Shown here one piece after another: positions 53,738 through 62,219 of a stretch of DNA of 63,134 nucleotides. The first letter of the stretch is position 1, and every line of letters begins with the position of its first letter. Location: assembly GCA_013287605.1 (NCBI GenBank), contig JABDDM010000005.1, positions 1 through 63,134 of the forward strand, read 5' to 3'. The position numbers and the translations under genes are program-made. The notes beneath the pieces are model-generated. The model was not told the DNA's origin, searched no databases, and saw only the letters and a list, made by a program, of their open reading frames with translations. The DNA comes from Ignavibacteria bacterium. Lineage in GTDB: Bacteria > Bacteroidota > Ignavibacteria > Palsa-1295.

Positions 53738-54697
53738 ATGATTGTAACGGTCGATAAAAATTCGGGCTTTTGCTGGGGTGTTGTACGTGCCGTCGATTTT
53801 GCTGAGCGCGAACTGCATGATCAGGACGAACACGGCTACGCTCCAAAGCTCTATTCGCTGGGCGACATCATTCATAATCCAGTTGAAGTCGAGCGGCTTT
53901 CCGACGAGGGGCTCGAATCGATCTCCCACAAAGACTTCGAGCGCATCGCCCTAGAGAACCGCCATTCCGATCATCAAGCCAAGATCCTCATCCGCGCTCA
54001 CGGCGAGCCGCCATCGACCTATGCGAAGCTTCGCGAACTTGGACTCGATGTGATCGATGCGACCTGTCCGGTCGTCACAAAAGTCCAGGAGCGCATTCGG
54101 AAGTTTTACGACAAGCAATTTCAAATCGTCATTTTTGGCAAGCGCGACCATGCCGAAGTCATCGGACTTCGTGGCGTAGTCAATGATGAAGCGGTCGTCG
54201 TTCTTACCGTAAAGGAAGCGCTCGATAACATTGCGCTCGACAAGCCAACAGTCCTCTTTTCGCAGACGACGATGGACCGCCCGACATTCCGCGCCATACG
54301 GGATGCACTCAAAGAGCGCATCAAAGATCTCGTTGTCGCTGAGATGGAGGAGGATGCAGTCGAATTTCATGCGAAGGATACGATTTGCGGGCAAGTCTCG
54401 GGTCGAGAAACAAAGCTTGCTGAGTTTGCGCGAGCGCAGGACGTAATGATCTTTGTTGCTGGCCGTAACAGCTCGAACGGGAAAGTCCTCTTCCACGTAG
54501 CCGAGGGCGCAAACCCTAGAACCTATTTCATCGAGGACGAGCGCGAACTTGATGGAGCTTGGTTCGAACACGTTAACGCCGTCGGAGTAAGTGGCGCAAC
54601 CTCAACTCCTCAATGGCTGATGCAGCGCGTAGCCGATGCGATCTATAAGATGTGCGGCGAACCTGAGAAGGCGAGTCTGCTTCCGATGATCGGTTGA
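53738..54697 (+). CDS. ispH: 4-hydroxy-3-methylbut-2-enyl diphosphate reductase
   Basis: 'SGFCWGVVRAV', 'LGDIIHNP', 'VIDATCPVVTKV', 'FSQTT', 'TICGQV' and 'MIFVAGRNSSNG' are the three Cys-containing IspH blocks plus conserved motifs. Confidence 0.93.
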   Translation: MIVTVDKNSGFCWGVVRAVDFAERELHDQDEHGYAPKLYSLGDIIHNPVEVERLSDEGLESISHKDFERIALENRHSDHQAKILIRAHGEPPSTYAKLRELGLDVIDATCPVVTKVQERIRKFYDKQFQIVIFGKRDHAEVIGLRGVVNDEAVVVLTVKEALDNIALDKPTVLFSQTTMDRPTFRAIRDALKERIKDLVVAEMEEDAVEFHAKDTICGQVSGRETKLAEFARAQDVMIFVAGRNSSNGKVLFHVAEGANPRTYFIEDERELDGAWFEHVNAVGVSGATSTPQWLMQRVADAIYKMCGEPEKASLLPMIG

Positions 54698-54709
54698 TCA
54701 TCTCTCCCA

Positions 54710-55132
54710 GTGCTCTCCAACCCGCTCGTTCCCGAACTTGATTGTTCCGATCTCGATCGGAGTACCCATTTCTACGTTGATGTGCTTGGATTCAAGATTC
54801 TCTACGCGCGTCCGGAAGATAATTTTGTCTTCCTTGAACGAGAGGGAGCGCAGTTGATGATCGAGCAGATTGGCGTCGGACGCAATTGGGTGACTGCTGA
54901 ATTGGAATATCCATTCGGGCGAGGGATCAATTTCCAGATCAAGACGAGCGATATTGATGCTCTTTATAATCGAGTCCAAGCCGCCGACCATCCGATCTTT
55001 TCTGAGATAGAGGAGAAGTGGTATCGTCGCGACGATGTTTTGTTGGGTAATCATCAATTTCTCATTCAGGACCCAGACGGATATCTTCTGCGCTTTTTTC
55101 AGGACCTGGGTTCGAAGCCTTCTCCACTCTAA
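54710..55132 (+). CDS. VOC-family (glyoxalase / bleomycin-resistance-like) protein
   Basis: 140 aa. 'VPELDCSDLDRSTHFYVDVLGFKILYARPEDNFVFLEREGAQLMIEQ...FLIQDPDGYLLRFFQ' matches the family. It starts at a GTG. Confidence 0.75.
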   Translation: MLSNPLVPELDCSDLDRSTHFYVDVLGFKILYARPEDNFVFLEREGAQLMIEQIGVGRNWVTAELEYPFGRGINFQIKTSDIDALYNRVQAADHPIFSEIEEKWYRRDDVLLGNHQFLIQDPDGYLLRFFQDLGSKPSPL

Positions 55133-55139
55133 CAGTATC

Positions 55140-55334
55140 ATGATGAAGAACAAACTCCTAATTGCTTTATCGGTCATTATCGCTTTTGTCGGCATCGTAT
55201 GGTTCGGCCAAGGCATCGGCCTCATCCACGGAAGCTTCATGACCGACCAGTCTCGCTGGGCGGTGATAGGAGGAATCATGATCGTGGTGGCGGCCGGGCT
55301 ATTCTGGTTTGCAAGGCGCCGCGGACCGGGCTGA
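55140..55334 (+). CDS. small 2-TM membrane protein
   Basis: The 64-aa sequence is 'MMKNKLLIALSVIIAFVGIVWFGQGIGLIHGSFMTDQSRWAVIGGIMIVVAAGLFWFARRRGPG'. It starts 8 nt after the VOC gene stop. Confidence 0.55.
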   Translation: MMKNKLLIALSVIIAFVGIVWFGQGIGLIHGSFMTDQSRWAVIGGIMIVVAAGLFWFARRRGPG

Positions 55335-55335
55335 G

Positions 55336-55478
55336 ATGTGTGTGGTCAAAACTTTTTTCATAATCCAAGCTTTCCGCCATACCACAGTCCTCGATTCTGA
55401 GCTGTAATCGACATTTTCCTTTTAGCCAACCTAGTGTGTGTGAAAACTTTATTCATAATTCTCATTCTCACAGAAAAC
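55336..55478 (-). repeat. second full-length copy of the dispersed intergenic repeat, in inverted orientation
   Basis: The reverse complement reads 'ttttctgtgagaatgagaattatgaataaagttttcacacacactagg...aatgtcgattacagctcagaatcgag...cttggattatgaaaaaagttttgaccacacacatc'. It is collinear with 16665-16795: box a, hairpin, box b. Confidence 0.8.
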
Positions 55479-55743
55479 GGCCAGAACCTGGATTACTCGG
55501 ATTGAAAGGATTACTCTGATTTCTTTCGCCAATTTGACTGGCGGGGCTGCTGGGCGAGGATCCAATGAATAATGACAGAATTAAAGTAGCGAGCTGTAGC
55601 TTGCGTTTAAGAACATGGAACAGAAGGGATCTCCTCTCCGCAGGTATGGAAGGCTCGACGGCCGAACTACCGCTTAGTACAAACGCATCATCAAGCCGTA
55701 AAGTTTCATTAATTATAGCATTAACACACTCCTTCCAAATCAT
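55468..55743 (-). pseudogene. possible decayed stub of a T9SS cargo gene (signal-peptide-like stretch then 'NPFNPS'), truncated at the repeat
   Basis: The 91-aa ORF ends '...LATLILSLFIGSSPSSPASQIGERNQSNPFNPSNPGSGRFL*'. 'NPFNPS' matches the start of the type-A sorting-domain motif. It is encoded by the direct DNA repeat ggattactc x2 (55490-55525). Confidence 0.25.
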
Positions 55744-55949
55744 ATCCCAATCACGAAAATCGCATAAATCACAGTCCAGACATCCTTCACAATCTCATAG
55801 ATCATGCTTGGGGCAGTTCTCGACATGAATGATTCTTCATCCTATCTCACCAACTTGTAAGACTGATCATGCGTTAAAATTCGCGCTACACCTGAAGTGT
55901 GTCGCCGTTCGTAAGCTCTCTCGATTCACGCTGCAATGATGTTTATTAT

Positions 55950-56729
55950 ATGAGAATTGGTCTGCCCAAAAAATTCCGACACTCCTTGCTTGGACTGAGT
56001 TTATTCATAACCGTCGGCGGATGTTCCAGCTCGAGTCCTACTACCGGCACATCAATCACACGCAATGAGATTCCTGCACGCCAAAGCATCGCAGAAACTT
56101 TGAACGGGCAGCGTGTGGTGATACTCAAGCCGCTGATTATCGAAGCAAACTTTCCGCGAGAAGGGGACAGCCGGTATCAGGATCCAATCATGCGACAAGG
56201 TCTCACGGATTCTGCTGCGACAAGTTTTTGGAACACGTTCGATCTTGTCTTTCGAGTGACGGTTCGAAATGAAAGCCTGGCACGTCCCGTCCTGCCGCCA
56301 TCCATGCCTGTCGACAGTCTTCGAGCTTATGACAGCTTAATGAGACTCTGCGATGCTGGTACGTTCGATTTAGCTATTATTCCGGATCTTCTCCAGGTTA
56401 TTCCCGCCAGCGAACACGACAACAGCAATGAGGGAGAAATTGCGAGGAGTGGCTCAACCGGCCGAGGTGGAAGCAGAGGCGGAGGCGGTGGAATGGGCGG
56501 AGGTGGCAGGCGAGGTGGAGGAGGTGGTTCGAGAGGTGGCGGCGGCGGCAGCCATCGAGCTGCGCTAGCAACGCTCATCTGCAACTATACTATTGTGCGC
56601 GCTTCTGACAAGAAAACGATCTTCTCAGGACAGTTTACAAGTGCAAATGTTGCCATCGGAGATCTCGGTCAGACAGATGCTGCCGTAAAGGGACTCTGCG
56701 AAAAATTCCTAGAGTGGAAGAATCAATGA
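55950..56729 (+). CDS. lipoprotein with an internal Arg/Gly-rich (RGG-like) low-complexity insert
   Basis: The start is at MRIGLPKKFRHSLLGLSLFITVGGC (lipobox). The internal insert is 'GSTGRGGSRGGGGGMGGGGRRGGGGGSRGGGGGSHR'. No family was recognised. Confidence 0.65.
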   Translation: MRIGLPKKFRHSLLGLSLFITVGGCSSSSPTTGTSITRNEIPARQSIAETLNGQRVVILKPLIIEANFPREGDSRYQDPIMRQGLTDSAATSFWNTFDLVFRVTVRNESLARPVLPPSMPVDSLRAYDSLMRLCDAGTFDLAIIPDLLQVIPASEHDNSNEGEIARSGSTGRGGSRGGGGGMGGGGRRGGGGGSRGGGGGSHRAALATLICNYTIVRASDKKTIFSGQFTSANVAIGDLGQTDAAVKGLCEKFLEWKNQ

Positions 56730-56765
56730 TTCGTCATTGATGAGCGCAGCATTTGGTATGTTGTC

Positions 56766-57368
56766 TTACGCTGTCTGCTTCAATGCCGCACGAATTAATG
56801 TTTGCAGTGCCCTTCCAGCTTCGGGATCCGTTCGTAGAACGGACTGAATTGCCTTTTCGGCAGTTGCTCTTGGGTAGCCTAGCGAGATCAGCGCCTGGAT
56901 GGCGTCGGCTCGGAAGTTTGTCTCGCCGTTTGTTTGTGGTTGTGCGTAGGAGTGGGTGAATTCTTCTTTGACGAGTTTGTCGCGCAGCTCGACGATGAGT
57001 CGCTCGGCTGTTTTTTTGCCTACTCCGGGGATGTGGGTTAGTCGATCAATGTCGCTGGTGCGGATCGCTTCGCGTAACTGTTCGGGTCCGGTGGAGGAGA
57101 GAATGACGAGTCCGGTCTTTGGACCGATGCCGCTTACGGCGATGATCTGATCGAACACGGTGCGCTCCTCGACATCTGAGAACCCGAATAGCGTCATCGA
57201 ATCTTCGCGAACGATCAATCGAGTAAGTAGCTCATACTCGATTCCAACAGCAGGTGCCTTCTCGTACGCTTGCTGTGTGCAGAGTACTTCGTAGCCAACT
57301 CCATTCGCGTCAAGGACAAGTGTGAAGGGTGTCTTGTGTCGTACAATCCCTCTAACAAGAGCGAGCAT
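56766..57368 (-). CDS. ruvA: Holliday junction branch-migration complex subunit RuvA
   Basis: 'MLALVRGIV...LDANGVGYEV...LLTRLIVREDSMTLFGF...ERTVFDQIIAVSGIGPKTGLVILS...LTHIPGVGKKTAERLIVELRDK' is a canonical RuvA sequence. Confidence 0.95.
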   Translation of the reverse strand: MLALVRGIVRHKTPFTLVLDANGVGYEVLCTQQAYEKAPAVGIEYELLTRLIVREDSMTLFGFSDVEERTVFDQIIAVSGIGPKTGLVILSSTGPEQLREAIRTSDIDRLTHIPGVGKKTAERLIVELRDKLVKEEFTHSYAQPQTNGETNFRADAIQALISLGYPRATAEKAIQSVLRTDPEAGRALQTLIRAALKQTA

Positions 57369-57418
57369 TTGGATGTTAGGCTGTAGTGAGTCTCAATTCG
57401 CTTGACGCACCTGAAACC

Positions 57419-59569
57419 ATGACTCTGCGACTTTCTTTCCCTCGCCGACATACGTATCTCGTTATTCTCGCACTAATAGCTATCATTGGTGCGTATTCCA
57501 GCTCACTCGCCCAGCGGCCGTTTCTCGGCTACAGCGATTCTACAACTGCTGTCGAGTCCAGAACAGAGGCGAAGCTTCAGCCGCTCATCAAACCTGCGGA
57601 TCTTGACACAATCGTACGATATCTCAGTGGAGAAAATCGGATTGCAGGATCGGAATCCGACATACGAGTGCGCGATCGAGTTGTGTCGATGCTCGAAGAG
57701 TCCGCGATGGCTGTGACGATTCATCCGTACAAAGTCTATTTACCCTATGCGACTTCGGTCAGTTTGGAGATGGTCTCTCCAACCAAAAAAATATTTCAAC
57801 TGAAAGAGAAGCAATATCCTGGTGAAGGGAGGGTGAATGGTCCTGAGTATCCGTGGGCGAATGGTTATTCTGGCAGCGGCACGATGCAGGCTCCGTTGAT
57901 CTATGTAAACTATGGGTTACGCGCTGATTACGATACGCTCGACTCAATGCGTATCTCAGTCCGCGGAAAAGTAGTACTCGCGCGCTATGGAAGAAGTTAT
58001 CGTGGCATCAAGGCGAGACTTGCCGAAGAGCATGGGGCGGTCGGTCTTATGCTATATACCGATCCAGGCGGAGATGGCTATGCAGCGGGCGATCCATTTC
58101 CCGAAGGTCGGGCGCGACCAATGGATGGCGTCCAGCGGGGCTCGATCTATAATGGTCATGGTGATCCGACCACACCTGGTTATGCTTCGACGGAAGATGC
58201 CGATCATCTTTCTCTCGAGGCTGCGCAAGTGCTGCCGAAAATCCCGGTGATCCCGATCTCGGCCGCGATCGCGTTAGAGTTATTTAGTCATATGAATCAT
58301 CGCGACATCCCGAACTCAGAGTGGCAGGGATATTTGCCATTACGTTATCATGTGGGAGGTCAGTCACCGGTGGTAAAGTTGTCTGTGCAAACTGACGGAA
58401 AACTCAGGACGATCTGGAATACTGTGGCGATGATTCCTGGAAGCGAGCTGCCGAATGAGTGGGTCATCGTTGGTGGTCATCGTGATGCATGGGGTCCGGG
58501 CGCTGAGGATAATGGCTCTGGGGCGGCGGCTGTAATCGCAGCCGCGAAAGCAGTCTCGGCTCTCGCATTACAGGGCATGCGTCCACGGCGGACGATGCTG
58601 TTTGCGACGTGGGATGCTGAGGAGTGGGGAATCATCGGCTCGACTGAGTGGGTGGAGCAATATGGACGCGAGATAACAACGCGTACACTTCTCTATATAA
58701 ACGAAGACGAGTGTGCGACGGGTCGTCTGTTCGAGGCATCGTCTGATCCGCTCCTGCGCCCATTTATCTGGGACGTAACGTTATCGGTTGCTGATCCCAC
58801 GGGCGGGAGCATCTATGATCGGTGGAAGGCGCACCTGAAACCGGTCGCTTCTCCTGATATTCACGGAGGAGTCGCAGAGCCTGCAGTCGGATTGCTTGGC
58901 GGCGGCAGCGACTTTTCAAGTTTCTACGGACACATCGGAGTGCCTTCGATCAATCAAGGCTTCGATGGCTTGTTCGGTCAGTATCATTCGATGCATGACA
59001 ACTATTATTATGTCAAACATTTAGGCGATACCAGTTTCGCTTATCATGCAGCGATAACAAGGCTGCTGGCGACCGAAGCATTGCGAATGGCGAACGCAGA
59101 CGTTGTGCCATACGACTATGAAGAATTGGTCATCAGCATTCAAGCGTTTGCTAGCTCGTTGTCAATCGAGACACCTCAGGATTGGAATGCCGTGCCGCAG
59201 TTTGTGGCGCTTGACAGCGCTCTTACCAGAATGCGTGTAGCATCGGCGTTGATGAATAGCGCCAGGGACAGAGCAATCGCAGCGATGAACCCAATGCAAA
59301 AGCATCAAGTGAATACACGCCTGCACAAACTGATTTATCTCTTCATGCCAATGGGCGGACTGCCTGATGATCCCTGGACACACAATCAACTCGTCACCAG
59401 CGATCCAGAAAATGGCTATGCGGATCTTACGCTTCCAGGACTCCACTCCTCACTAAAAAAGAAGGCAAAGCAGGAATTCATAGATCAACTCGCTTCACTT
59501 ACGATGAGCGTTGAAGGAGCTACCCGCGAGATCGTCGACATCACCCGTCTGATTCGCGATGGTAAATGA
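57419..59569 (+). CDS. M28-family metallopeptidase of the glutamate-carboxypeptidase-II / transferrin-receptor-like type
   Basis: It has a signal anchor and a PA domain. The M28 core is 'VIVGGHRDAWGPGAEDNGSGAAAVIAAAKA...ATWDAEEWGIIGSTEW'. It ends in a helical dimerisation-like domain. The start at 57419 (ATG) is preferred over the GTG at 57386. Confidence 0.85.
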   Translation: MTLRLSFPRRHTYLVILALIAIIGAYSSSLAQRPFLGYSDSTTAVESRTEAKLQPLIKPADLDTIVRYLSGENRIAGSESDIRVRDRVVSMLEESAMAVTIHPYKVYLPYATSVSLEMVSPTKKIFQLKEKQYPGEGRVNGPEYPWANGYSGSGTMQAPLIYVNYGLRADYDTLDSMRISVRGKVVLARYGRSYRGIKARLAEEHGAVGLMLYTDPGGDGYAAGDPFPEGRARPMDGVQRGSIYNGHGDPTTPGYASTEDADHLSLEAAQVLPKIPVIPISAAIALELFSHMNHRDIPNSEWQGYLPLRYHVGGQSPVVKLSVQTDGKLRTIWNTVAMIPGSELPNEWVIVGGHRDAWGPGAEDNGSGAAAVIAAAKAVSALALQGMRPRRTMLFATWDAEEWGIIGSTEWVEQYGREITTRTLLYINEDECATGRLFEASSDPLLRPFIWDVTLSVADPTGGSIYDRWKAHLKPVASPDIHGGVAEPAVGLLGGGSDFSSFYGHIGVPSINQGFDGLFGQYHSMHDNYYYVKHLGDTSFAYHAAITRLLATEALRMANADVVPYDYEELVISIQAFASSLSIETPQDWNAVPQFVALDSALTRMRVASALMNSARDRAIAAMNPMQKHQVNTRLHKLIYLFMPMGGLPDDPWTHNQLVTSDPENGYADLTLPGLHSSLKKKAKQEFIDQLASLTMSVEGATREIVDITRLIRDGK

Positions 59570-59587
59570 GGAAGCGGTTGTCCGCCA

Positions 59588-61015
59588 GTGCCTTCTGGTA
59601 TATTTGCACGAACAACGGCAAAGGAACGACGCGTGAAGAAAGCAATCAGGGGTGGGAAGAAATCGAGGTTGGGACCGAGTAGAGTGCACAAGGTCCGCCC
59701 GCTCTATGCAGGTCTGGCAAAGCTTGTACGCCCCGAAGAACTGCCAGCCGTTGATGTTGCCGAACGAACGTTTGGTGACGGTCTTCGCGTCATCAGCGAA
59801 CGTTTGCCAGGTGCTTCGAGTGTTGCGACCGGCCTGTGGGTCAATGCCGGCTCACAGGATGAGGCAAAATCGAAAGCAGGCATCGCGCACTTCATCGAGC
59901 ATATGGTCTTCAAGGGCACGGCAGGGAAGTCGATGCGCGAGATCATGCGATCGATCGAATCTCGAGGCGGCGTCCTCAACGCGTTCACAACAAAAGAGCA
60001 TACGAGTTACTATACATGGTCGCGGACCACTGAACTCGACCATGCTGTAGAGATCCTCTTCGAACTTGCCGCAAGGCCGATGTTTACCGATCGCGATATC
60101 GAGCGTGAGAAATCTGTCGTGATCGAGGAGATCAATGGTCTGGATGACGAACCCGATGAGCTTGTATTTGACTTGTTCGAAAAAGAATTGTTCGGCGAGC
60201 ATCCGCTGGCACGGCCGATCATTGGTACGGCTTGTTCCGTTGGTTCGCTGACACGTGGAGATCTTCTCCGCTTCCATAGCCGTCATTATCGCTCTCGTGA
60301 GATCACGCTTGTTGCGAGCGGTGCACACCAGCATGAAGCACTCTTCGCAGCCATCGAACGATCGTACATGCATCTGAATGAAGGCATCGCGCGTCGATTG
60401 CCAAAACAGTCAACGCGTCGAGGTCGGACGAATGGCGAGTCCGATATTCATCGCTTTGGCGGACAGCAAGCGCATATCATTCTCGGTCGACGCGCGCCGG
60501 GCGCCCGATCGAGAGATCATATGGCGCTGAATGCGCTCGTGACTCTGCTCGGCGTCGGAATGGGCAGCCGTTTGAATCTCCGATTGCGTGAAGAACTTGG
60601 ACTCGCATACGATGCCACTGCATTTTATTCGCCTTTCGAAACGGAAGGGACGATCGGCATTTATGTTGCGACTGCGATCGAAAATCGCGCGCGCGCAATA
60701 CGCGAGATGCGGCAAATTGTGCGTGGGCTGTTTTCTCGACCGATCTCTCAAGTTGAGCTCGCGCGAACGAAGGACCAGCTCATTGGCGGTGTCCTGCTTT
60801 CGCTTGAAGCTGTCACGAACCGGATGATGCGCATGGGGCAGAACGAACTCTATTTTCATTCCTATGTGCCGGTCGAGGAGGAACTCGAGAAGATCGCACG
60901 TCTTACGCTCGAAGATATTCATCGTGTTTCCGATACTTTTTTTAAGGACGAAAGTAAACTTTCGCTTGTTTCGGTGCTGCCTCATCCGGAGGAAGGGGCC
61001 AAGAAGCACAGTTAG
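59588..61015 (+). CDS. M16-family (pitrilysin/insulinase) zinc peptidase
   Basis: The inverted zincin motif is 'GIAHFIEHMVFKGT' (HxxEH), with a downstream 'EREKSVVIEEI' Glu. The exact start is uncertain: GTG at 59588, with a basic N-terminal stretch. Confidence 0.85.
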   Translation: MPSGIFARTTAKERRVKKAIRGGKKSRLGPSRVHKVRPLYAGLAKLVRPEELPAVDVAERTFGDGLRVISERLPGASSVATGLWVNAGSQDEAKSKAGIAHFIEHMVFKGTAGKSMREIMRSIESRGGVLNAFTTKEHTSYYTWSRTTELDHAVEILFELAARPMFTDRDIEREKSVVIEEINGLDDEPDELVFDLFEKELFGEHPLARPIIGTACSVGSLTRGDLLRFHSRHYRSREITLVASGAHQHEALFAAIERSYMHLNEGIARRLPKQSTRRGRTNGESDIHRFGGQQAHIILGRRAPGARSRDHMALNALVTLLGVGMGSRLNLRLREELGLAYDATAFYSPFETEGTIGIYVATAIENRARAIREMRQIVRGLFSRPISQVELARTKDQLIGGVLLSLEAVTNRMMRMGQNELYFHSYVPVEEELEKIARLTLEDIHRVSDTFFKDESKLSLVSVLPHPEEGAKKHS

Positions 61016-61060
61016 GAGCCCAGTTTTTTTGCCAACTGACATTATCACGGAAGCGAACAG

Positions 61061-62176
61061 ATGAAGATCGGAGTACCTCGGGAGATCAAGCAGAACGAAA
61101 ACCGCGTAGCCCTTACACCTTCAGGTGCGGAGATCCTGGTGATGAGCGGACACACCGTCTATGTCGAGACAAATGCTGGAGTGGGATCAGGCTTCAAGAA
61201 TCAGGATTATATCGAGGCGGGCGCTCACATTCTTCCGAATCCAAAGGATATCTTCGACGCTGCTGACATGATCATGAAGGTCAAGGAGCCGATCGCTCAG
61301 GAATATGCGCTCATTCGCCCAGGCCAGTTGCTCTTTACCTATTTCCATTTTGCAGCCAACCGTGACCTGACGGATGCGATCTTAAAATCGCGAGCGACCG
61401 CTGTTGCGTACGAAACGGTCCAGCGCATTGACAACTCGCTGCCGCTACTCATTCCGATGTCTGAAGTGGCTGGTCGAATGGCACCGCAAGAGGGCGCGAA
61501 GTATCTCGAGAAAACACAGGGCGGCCGCGGTGTGCTGCTGGCAGGCGTACCAGGCACCGAACCTGGAAATGTGGTTGTCTTGGGAGGTGGGGTTGTGGGT
61601 ACGAACGCAGCCAAGATCGCTGCTGGTCTGGGCGCACAGGTGACCATCCTTGATTCAAATCTTTATCGTCTGCGTTATCTGGATGACGTAATGCCCAAGA
61701 ATGTTGCGACGATGATGTCGAATCCGTATAACATTCGCAAGGTAGTGAAAAAAGCCGATCTCACTATTGGCGCAGTGCTTATTCCTGGCGCGAAAGCTCC
61801 GCATCTCGTGACGCGCGACATGTTGAAAGACATGAAGGAAGGCTCCGTTGTTGTGGACGTGTCCGTCGATCAGGGTGGATGTATCGAGACTTGCAAGCCG
61901 ACAACGCATGAGAACCCGACATACGTGGTCGATGGTGTTGTTCACTATTGCGTAGCGAACATGCCTGGTGCAGTGCCGATGACCTCAACGATCGCTCTCA
62001 CGAATGCGACACTCTCATACGCGTTGCAACTTGCAAATGAAGGTTACGAAAAAGCCATTCGCAATAGCAAAGAATTGCGCCTTGGGCTCAACGTGATCGA
62101 TGGGGCTGTGACCTATCAGGGTGTAGCGGATGCCTTTGGTATGAAGCACGAGGATTCTCTCAAATTCATTAAGTAA
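61061..62176 (+). CDS. ald: alanine dehydrogenase
   Basis: '[23 protein letters not shown]...', the NAD motif '[28 protein letters not shown]' and '[13 protein letters not shown]...[12 protein letters not shown]' are a canonical Ald sequence. Confidence 0.95.
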   Translation: MKIGVPREIKQNENRVALTPSGAEILVMSGHTVYVETNAGVGSGFKNQDYIEAGAHILPNPKDIFDAADMIMKVKEPIAQEYALIRPGQLLFTYFHFAANRDLTDAILKSRATAVAYETVQRIDNSLPLLIPMSEVAGRMAPQEGAKYLEKTQGGRGVLLAGVPGTEPGNVVVLGGGVVGTNAAKIAAGLGAQVTILDSNLYRLRYLDDVMPKNVATMMSNPYNIRKVVKKADLTIGAVLIPGAKAPHLVTRDMLKDMKEGSVVVDVSVDQGGCIETCKPTTHENPTYVVDGVVHYCVANMPGAVPMTSTIALTNATLSYALQLANEGYEKAIRNSKELRLGLNVIDGAVTYQGVADAFGMKHEDSLKFIK

Positions 62177-62219
62177 TCAAATGTTGCGAGGATGGGCTCT
62201 TGTCCTCGAATAGAACTGC

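Noticed and set aside
53108-53929. A 273-aa minus-strand ORF covering cmk and the start of ispH.
   Set aside because: It is an antisense artefact rich in Ser, Arg and Ala. Both sense genes are canonical.
56440-56570. A GGN-rich quasi-repeat considered as a tandem repeat, a CRISPR-like array or a G-quadruplex element.
   Set aside because: It is in frame within the lipoprotein gene and simply encodes the RGG-rich tract. The runs are mostly GG, not GGG.
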